From Syntrophobacteria bacterium (GTDB lineage: Bacteria; Desulfobacterota; DSWW01): a stretch of DNA of 33,362 nucleotides. The notes beneath the pieces were generated by a model. That model was not told where the DNA came from. It did no database searches and saw only the letters and a program-made list of their open reading frames with translations. The translations under genes and the position numbers were made by a program. Positions 27,959 to 33,362 of this stretch are shown piece after piece; the first letter of the stretch is position 1, and each line of letters begins with the position of its first letter. The DNA lies in NCBI GenBank assembly GCA_030145435.1, contig JAQYVQ010000197.1, positions 1 to 33,362 on the forward strand, written 5' to 3'.

Positions 27959-29218
27959 ATGGATCAAATCTTCGCATCCCTCCAACCGGCACGGGAGAGT
28001 ATTCTTCGTTTCCTCGGCCTGGAGGAGACCGTTTCCGATGTCTGGCTCTGGGCAAGTTTGGGATGCTGCCTCTTCCTGCTGATCTATTTGCCGGTCTGGT
28101 TCCTGGTCCGGAGGCGGCGGACGAAGAGGTCCGTCCCTCGCGATCCCTCATCTTTGGGGGACGCGGAGGGTGAATCGGTTCCGGCCGATGGGCCCGTATC
28201 AACCACGCCTGTGACCGCTCCCCAAACCGCAACCAGCCCGGAGGAGGGCATCCTCCCGCCCGCGCCCGCGGCAGAGGAACCCCCAGAGAGCCTTCTCGAG
28301 CGGCTCAGGGGGCGGCTGGCGAAGACCCAGGACCAGTTGATCGGACGCCTGGATCAGATCTTCCTCCGAAGCGGGGCCGGGGAACGGGACCTGCTCGAGG
28401 ATCTGGAGGAAGTCCTCATCACGGCGGATCTGGGCGTGAAAACGAGCTACGATCTTCTGGGAGCGGTTCAGAAAGAATTTGACAACAAGCCTTTGGGGCC
28501 GGTCGAGTTGAAGGCTGCGCTTCGGCAGAAGATTGGCTCCATGCTGGAAGTCCGGGCCCCGGCCTTTGAGCCCGAAAGGGCCAAGCCCTATGTGATCATG
28601 GTGGTAGGGGTAAACGGGGTTGGAAAAACGACGTCCATCGGGAAGCTGGCCTCCCATTTGAAGGACAACGACCGAAAGGTCATGCTCGTGGCGGCGGACA
28701 CGTTCCGGGCGGCAGCCATCGAGCAGCTGCAAATCTGGTCGGATCGTGCGGCCACGGATTTCGTGAAGCACAAGCCGGAATCAGACCCTTCTGCGGTTGT
28801 CTACGACGCGTTGCAGGCGGCGAAATCGAGGGGCACCGACCTCGTGATCGTGGATACGGCGGGTCGACTGCACACCAAGGCCAACCTGATGGAAGAGCTC
28901 AAGAAGGTGAAGCGCATCATGTCCCGGGAACTCGAGGGGGCGCCGCACGAGGTTTTTCTCGTTGTGGACGCCACGACTGGACAGAATGCAATCAATCAGG
29001 CGCGCGTGTTTCATGAAGCCCTCGGGGTGACGGGCATCGTTTTGACGAAGCTCGACGGCACAGCGAAGGGAGGGGTGATCGTCGGCATCGCAAACGAGCT
29101 TCAACTCCCGGTCCGATTCATCGGGATCGGGGAGCGTGTGGAGGATCTGAGAGCGTTCGATGCGGATCTGTTCCTGGAGGCGATTTTCGGCGAGCCGGAT
29201 AAGGGATGGGTGCAGTGA
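27959..29218 (+). CDS. ftsY: Signal recognition particle receptor FtsY
   Basis: NG domain with GVNGVGKTTSIGKLA, DTAGRL and TKLDGTAKGG. The N-terminus has a hydrophobic segment and a Pro/Ala/Glu-rich linker. Confidence 0.93.
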   Translation: MDQIFASLQPARESILRFLGLEETVSDVWLWASLGCCLFLLIYLPVWFLVRRRRTKRSVPRDPSSLGDAEGESVPADGPVSTTPVTAPQTATSPEEGILPPAPAAEEPPESLLERLRGRLAKTQDQLIGRLDQIFLRSGAGERDLLEDLEEVLITADLGVKTSYDLLGAVQKEFDNKPLGPVELKAALRQKIGSMLEVRAPAFEPERAKPYVIMVVGVNGVGKTTSIGKLASHLKDNDRKVMLVAADTFRAAAIEQLQIWSDRAATDFVKHKPESDPSAVVYDALQAAKSRGTDLVIVDTAGRLHTKANLMEELKKVKRIMSRELEGAPHEVFLVVDATTGQNAINQARVFHEALGVTGIVLTKLDGTAKGGVIVGIANELQLPVRFIGIGERVEDLRAFDADLFLEAIFGEPDKGWVQ

Positions 29219-29250
29219 ATCAGCCCTTTTTTCATACGGATACGGGCTGA

Positions 29251-29279
29251 TTGACATTGAAGAGAGGAATTCCTAGTAT
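29251..29279 (+). promoter_or_regulatory. Candidate sigma-70 promoter for zapB-like/zapA (and downstream RNA)
   Basis: TTGACA (29251-29256), a 17-nt spacer, then TAGTAT (29274-29279). It lies immediately after the hairpin ATCAGCCC 29219-29226 / GGGCTGAT 29244-29251. Confidence 0.45.
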
Positions 29280-29315
29280 GCTTTAGGTGTTTCTACCACA
29301 AGAACACAAGGAAAC

Positions 29316-29558
29316 ATGATTATGACCCTGGAGAATCTGGAACGTCTGGAGGAACGGATCACCACGCTGACCGAAAAATTCGTCGAGTTGAAACAGAGCC
29401 ACGAACAGGCGCTGGGCGAGTTGTCGGTTCGGGACCAGAGAATCGATCAGCTGAACGACAAACTGAAGGAATTTCAGAAGACAAAGGTCCAGATTCATTC
29501 GAAAATCGAAAATATCCTGAAACGATTGGAAGGCCTCAAGGTACAGTCGGAAAAATAG
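29316..29558 (+). CDS. ZapB-like coiled-coil cell division protein
   Basis: 80 aa, all coiled coil (MIMTLENLERLEERITTLTEKFVELKQ...). Size and N-terminal pattern resemble ZapB/DUF904. It is adjacent to zapA. Confidence 0.6.
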   Translation: MIMTLENLERLEERITTLTEKFVELKQSHEQALGELSVRDQRIDQLNDKLKEFQKTKVQIHSKIENILKRLEGLKVQSEK

Positions 29559-29594
29559 GTTTCTAGGAAGAATAGGGGTTTTTCCAACCCTTTC

Positions 29595-29924
29595 TTGAAC
29601 ACGGGGGGATCCGTTCTGCAGAAAGAGGCATCCCAGAAGAAGGTATTCGATATCAACGTCTTGGGTCAGGTTGTCCGACTCAAGCACGACGATCCAGACT
29701 ACGTCAAGCGACTTGAGGAGTTCGTCAAGGAGAAGCTCAAGGGCATACAGACACAACCGGGCGTCACGAGTCTTCAGGCGGCTGTTCGGCTCCTTCTCCT
29801 CCTTGCGGATGACTACTTCAGTGCCCTGAAAGAGAAGGAAGCCATCCAGGAGAACGTAGACAGCAAAACAAGGGAGATGATTGATTTTCTCGACAGGAAT
29901 GCCGATCTCTTTGAGAACGGCTGA
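29595..29924 (+). CDS. zapA: Cell division protein ZapA
   Basis: About 109 aa. FDINVLGQVVRLKHDD...VTSLQAAVRLLLLLADDY fits the ZapA family pattern. There is no in-frame ATG near the N-terminus. The track's TTG 29595 is used and the start is uncertain. Confidence 0.8.
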   Translation: MNTGGSVLQKEASQKKVFDINVLGQVVRLKHDDPDYVKRLEEFVKEKLKGIQTQPGVTSLQAAVRLLLLLADDYFSALKEKEAIQENVDSKTREMIDFLDRNADLFENG

Positions 29925-30021
29925 TTTAAAAACGTCAAGGAGGTAAGGAAGAAAGCGGATAGATGTTAACGAGGGCATTTGGATCTATAAAGGGTCTTGC
30001 TTATTTACTTGATCATCCCTG

Positions 30022-30173
30022 GTTCTTGCGGTGGATCATGCCGTGGGCGGTGATGCTGGGGCACGAAGGATCCCCTGCGGAATCGCGAATCGGGGAAGAT
30101 GACAGGAGATTGCCTCGTTTACGGATGCATGAGATTTTTCGGGGGTCTTGGACCGCCGTCATTCGGCAAGAAC
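30022..30173 (+). ncRNA. Candidate structured ncRNA, possibly 6S RNA (ssrS)
   Basis: Five nested helices read by eye: 30022-30029/30166-30173 (GTTCTTGC/GCAAGAAC); 30030-30034/30153-30157; 30037-30044 with 30121-30124 plus 30128-30131; 30057-30063/30111-30117; 30071-30075/30092-30096. The apical stem is GCG/CGC with loop GAAT. Large unpaired stretches lie at 30045-30056 and 30132-30152. The position immediately downstream of zapA matches the known zapA-ssrS linkage. The ends are not defined. Confidence 0.3.
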
Positions 30174-30557
30174 AAGACGAACGCCTTTGGCATAATTGGC
30201 ATAAAGGGATGTCTGCCTGCCAAGAAAGGCAAGGAGATCTCGATCGAAAAAACGACCTCATGAGAACGCATAGGGGATCCTTCTTGCGAACCCTTCTCAT
30301 GCCTGTAGAGGAGAGCCCCTCACCGAGGCGATCCACGAAGTAAGAACCCTTTCCGAACAAGCCCTGCCCATCGATCCGCCTTCGCCGGCGACCGCGGCCT
30401 TGGTCGTGGAACAATTAACATGCATCCTTCGAGTTCGCGTCTGAGAGCTTCGGAGTGATGTCGTCGCGAAGGATCTGAGATGGCACCACGGGATTAACTC
30501 GTGGGACTCCTATCCGCACGGAAAACCCCTACGTCCAGTACCTGGGAGGTGATTGCC

Positions 30558-32126
30558 TTGTTATCTTCATCCGTATGGATCGTTTTACTGCTCGGCCTGG
30601 CAGGGTTCGGTGGCTTCTTCGGGGGGAATTGGTACAGAAAGAAGATGCAAGAATCGAAGCTTTCGTCTGCGGAGGAGCTTTCCACCAAGATTTTGGAGAA
30701 TGCAAAGAAAGAGGCGGAAACGATCAAGAAGGAAGCGAAGATTCTTGCGAAAGACGATATGCTGAAGGCTCAGGCGGAGTCCGACAGGGAGGCGAGGGAC
30801 AGGAGAGGGGAGCAGCAGAAAACGGAGAAGCGGCTCCTTACCAAAGAAGAAAACCTCGAGAAGAAAATGGATCTCCTGGACAAGAAAGAAATCGAGGTCG
30901 GCAGGAGGGAAAAAGGGGCGAGCAAGAGAGAGAAGAACCTCGACGAACAGGGTTCTCAACTCCGGAAGCTGCAGGAGGAAGCGCAGTTGCGCCTGGAGAG
31001 AGTGGCCGAGATCAGCAAAGACGAGGCGAAGAAGGAGCTGATGGACTCGTTGGTCGAAGAGGTCAAGCACGAATCGGCCAAGCAAATCAAACAGATCGAG
31101 GATGCCACGCGAGAAATAGCGGACAAGAAGGGAAAGCTCATCCTGGCGCTGGCGATCCAGCGGTACAGTGGCGACTACGTGGCGGAACGAACGGTATCCA
31201 TCGTGAACCTGCCGAATGACGAGATGAAGGGGAGGATCATCGGGCGGGAAGGTAGGAATATTCGAGCTCTCGAAGCGGCTACGGGCGTGGACCTGATCAT
31301 TGATGACACGCCCGAAGCGGTGCTCCTTTCAGCCCATAACCCGATTCGGAGAGAGATCGCTAAGGTGAGCCTCGAAAGGCTCATATCAGACGGCAGGATT
31401 CATCCGGGGAGGATCGAGGAGATCGTCAAGAAGGTGGAAGAGGAGATGGAGGAGAACATCCGGGAGATCGGGGAGCAAGCGACCTTCGACGTCGGTGTCC
31501 ACGGCATCCATCCGGAAATCATCAAGCTCCTGGGGCGACTCAGGTACCGGACGAGCTTCGGGCAGAACGTGTTGCAGCACTCGATCGAATGCGGATTTCT
31601 CTGTGGCATCATGGCAGCGGAATTGCGCCTCGATGTGAAAGAGGCGAAGAGGGCCGGGTTGCTGCACGACATCGGCAAGGCCGTGGATCACGAGGTCGAG
31701 GGGTCGCACGCGATCATCGGTGGGGATCTGGCGAAGAAGTTTGGAGAGAGTGCAGGCATCGTGCATGCCATCGCGGCCCATCACGAAGAGCTGAAGCTGG
31801 AGTCTGTGCTCCCCCTCCTCGTTCAGGCGTCGGACGCCCTGTCCGGGGCCCGTCCCGGAGCCCGCAAGGAGATGCTGGAAACGTACGTGAAGCGACTCGA
31901 GGATCTGGAGAGGATTGCAGGGTCCTTCGTCGGCATTGAGAAGTCGTATGCGATCCAGGCCGGAAGGGAGATCCGAATCATGGTGGAGAGCGGTAGGGTG
32001 ACGGACGCGGAGTCCGTGGTGCTTTCGAGGGATATCGCGAAGAAAATCGAGAGTGAACTGAGCTACCCGGGCCAGATCAAGGTGACGGTCATTCGAGAGA
32101 CCCGGTCGGTCGAGTACGCTAAATAG
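30558..32126 (+). CDS. rny: Ribonuclease Y
   Basis: N-terminal TM helix ([18 protein letters not shown]), a Lys/Glu-rich coiled coil, a KH domain ([15 protein letters not shown]) and an HD domain ([12 protein letters not shown]). I prefer TTG 30558, which has GGGAGG 8 nt upstream. GTG 30501 and 30549 are also possible. Confidence 0.92.
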   Translation: MLSSSVWIVLLLGLAGFGGFFGGNWYRKKMQESKLSSAEELSTKILENAKKEAETIKKEAKILAKDDMLKAQAESDREARDRRGEQQKTEKRLLTKEENLEKKMDLLDKKEIEVGRREKGASKREKNLDEQGSQLRKLQEEAQLRLERVAEISKDEAKKELMDSLVEEVKHESAKQIKQIEDATREIADKKGKLILALAIQRYSGDYVAERTVSIVNLPNDEMKGRIIGREGRNIRALEAATGVDLIIDDTPEAVLLSAHNPIRREIAKVSLERLISDGRIHPGRIEEIVKKVEEEMEENIREIGEQATFDVGVHGIHPEIIKLLGRLRYRTSFGQNVLQHSIECGFLCGIMAAELRLDVKEAKRAGLLHDIGKAVDHEVEGSHAIIGGDLAKKFGESAGIVHAIAAHHEELKLESVLPLLVQASDALSGARPGARKEMLETYVKRLEDLERIAGSFVGIEKSYAIQAGREIRIMVESGRVTDAESVVLSRDIAKKIESELSYPGQIKVTVIRETRSVEYAK

Positions 32127-32135
32127 AAAGAATCG

Positions 32136-32933
32136 ATGAACATTCTTCTGATTGGAGACATATTCGGCAAGGGCGGCAGAAAGGTGGTCCGGCACGTCCT
32201 TCCTCGGGTTGTGGACCGCGAGTCGGTCGATCTGACGATAGCAAACGTGGAAAATGCCTCGAGGGGACTCGGGGTGTCCCGCGATGCGGCCCTGGAGCTG
32301 AAGAACGCCGGCGTGCAGGTCATGACCTCCGGGAACCACATCTGGAAGAGGCCGGGTGCGGCGGAACTCTTGGAGGAAGAGCCTTTTCTGGTTCGTCCGG
32401 CAAACTACCCTCCGAGCGTTCCTGGAAGAGGCAGCGTTGTCTGGGAGAGCAACCTGGGCGTCAAAGTGGGTATCCTCAACCTCATGGGGCGTGTCTTCAT
32501 GGAGCCCCTCGATTGTCCGTTCCGGACAGGGGAGGTGCACATCAGCCGCCTCCGGGAAGAGGGGGCCCAACTGATTGTCCTGGATTTTCACGCCGAGGCC
32601 ACGTCCGAGAAGCTGGCCTTGGCCTGGCACCTGGACGGGAGAGTCTCTGCCATCGTGGGAACACATACACATGTCCAGACTGCGGATGAGCGGATTCTCC
32701 CCCAAGGCACCGGGTATATAACGGACGTGGGGATGACGGGAGGGCAGGACTCGGTGATAGGCGTCAAGCCGAAGCCGGCGATCGACAGTTTCCTCATGGG
32801 CGTGCACCAGAGACTCGAGCCGTCCTTGAAGAACCTGGCACTCAACGGGGTCGTGATGACGATCTGCGAGAAATCTGGAAAATGCGAGAACATTCGAAGG
32901 GTAAGCGAATATCTCGACCCAGCGGAAACTTAG
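32136..32933 (+). CDS. ymdB: YmdB-family metallophosphoesterase (2',3'-cyclic-nucleotide phosphodiesterase-like)
   Basis: MNILLIGDIFGKGGR, NVENASRGLG, SGNHIW, DFHAEATSEK and GTHTHVQTADE blocks. It shows the conserved rny-ymdB pairing. Confidence 0.88.
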   Translation: MNILLIGDIFGKGGRKVVRHVLPRVVDRESVDLTIANVENASRGLGVSRDAALELKNAGVQVMTSGNHIWKRPGAAELLEEEPFLVRPANYPPSVPGRGSVVWESNLGVKVGILNLMGRVFMEPLDCPFRTGEVHISRLREEGAQLIVLDFHAEATSEKLALAWHLDGRVSAIVGTHTHVQTADERILPQGTGYITDVGMTGGQDSVIGVKPKPAIDSFLMGVHQRLEPSLKNLALNGVVMTICEKSGKCENIRRVSEYLDPAET

Positions 32934-33066
32934 CGCGAGAGCGTGCATCAAACACATTGGGGCTCCAAGAGATGGATGGAACAGGTTGCATGGCCCTCAT
33001 GAAAGCGGTCTTTAGAAAATAATTGCAGGTTTACTAGGTTTTTTTCTGGTTTTGGCTTAAAAGCGG

Positions 33067-33095
33067 TTGACAACGTTTGGCTGTGTGAGTATATT
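33067..33095 (+). promoter_or_regulatory. rRNA operon sigma-70 promoter
   Basis: Consensus TTGACA (33067-33072), a 17-nt spacer, then TATATT (33090-33095). An A/T-rich UP-like tract (about 33011-33063) precedes it, and it lies about 125 nt upstream of the 16S 5' end. Confidence 0.7.
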
Positions 33096-33110
33096 GACGG
33101 ATTGCAAGTT

Positions 33111-33148
33111 GGTAACAAACAAAAAACGTTACCTTCGCTCTTTGACAA
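33111..33148 (+). promoter_or_regulatory. rRNA leader antitermination elements (boxB-like hairpin plus boxA)
   Basis: Hairpin GGTAAC 33111-33116 / GTTACC 33128-33133 with an A-rich loop. CGCTCTTTGACAA (33136-33148) follows and differs at one position from the E. coli rrn boxA core GCTCTTTAACAA. Confidence 0.6.
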
Positions 33149-33216
33149 CTGAATAGTAGTAGGCAAGCCTAGGAGGAATTCTTGAAGATGAGCCTCAAAG
33201 AGGTTTATTTTACCAT

Positions 33217-33362
33217 CAATCAAAGAGTTTGATCCTGGCTCAGAACGAACGCTTGCGGCGTGCCTAACACATGCAAGTCGAACGAGAAAATCTTGCTTGC
33301 AAGATGAGTAAAGTGGCGCACGGGTGAGTAACGCGTGGGTAATCTACCTTTGGGACAGGGAT
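33217..33362 (+). rRNA. rrs: 16S ribosomal RNA, 5' end (truncated by window edge)
   Basis: AGAGTTTGATCCTGGCTCAG (the universal 27F site) starts at 33224. The conserved blocks CTAACACATGCAAGTCGAACG and GGGTGAGTAACGCGTGGGTAA follow. Confidence 0.95.

Noticed and set aside
30186-30203. Sigma-54 promoter-like TTGGCATAATTGGCATA (also TGGCA-containing words near 2862, 15347 and 17436)
   Set aside because: The GG and GC elements are 2 nt too close (or the GC is absent) compared with the TGGCAC-N5-TTGC consensus. I found no sigma-54 promoter with correct spacing.
29963-30343. 126-aa plus-strand ORF (and the 133-aa minus ORF at 30013-30414) in the zapA-rny spacer
   Set aside because: The composition is Trp/Arg/His/Cys-rich with no SD-like motif, no domain pattern and locally lower GC than real genes. 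The region is better explained as structured RNA.
31386-32957. 523-aa minus-strand ORF
   Set aside because: It is antisense to rny and ymdB, which are unambiguous. It spans two separate plus-strand genes, which is what a spurious open frame does.
33142-33147. Second TTGACA as an rrn P2 promoter
   Set aside because: No -10-like hexamer lies 16-18 nt downstream. The hexamer is part of the boxA antitermination motif.
32948-33223. 91-aa minus-strand ORF upstream of 16S
   Set aside because: It covers the AT-rich rRNA promoter and leader, with no SD and non-protein-like composition.

Overview
GC-rich core-genome segment of a Gram-negative (LPS-making) bacterium. A Desulfobacterota/deltaproteobacteria-like lineage is a weak guess from gene order and the 16S 5' end. 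Every gene I can support is on the + strand. Order: kdsB-kdsA-lipid A acyltransferase-lptC-lptA-lptB-rpoN-ptsN-rapZ-EIIA(Man)-ptsH-ptsI | metK-ahcY-mobB-mobA-mtnP-PfkB kinase | rodZ-like-recO-glyQ-glyS-ppdK | smc-ftsY | zapB-like-zapA-[about 630 nt non-coding]-rny-ymdB | rRNA operon promoter, leader and the first ~146 nt of 16S rRNA. I found no transposase, integrase, CRISPR array, phage gene or defence gene, and no convincing novel multi-gene system; this is mostly an ordinary housekeeping region. Four things are not explained by the gene list. (1) Period-7 (heptad) repeat arrays sit in five short intergenic spacers. There are two families, GTNAAAG and a G-rich GRTCRGG version. Most occur as inverted arm pairs, and four CDSs (lptA, mobB, mtnP, recO) end inside an array. 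(2) The two complete family-A cassettes each enclose a 27-28 codon mini-ORF with a shared K-x-F..LLF core written in different codons. (3) The long, lower-GC zapA-rny spacer contains a 152-nt nested hairpin that may be 6S RNA. (4) The rpoN-PTS(Ntr) cluster lacks hpf, hprK and any PTS permease. All long minus-strand ORFs in the track look like antisense artefacts of GC-rich coding DNA. All coordinates and pairings were read by eye and need computational confirmation.
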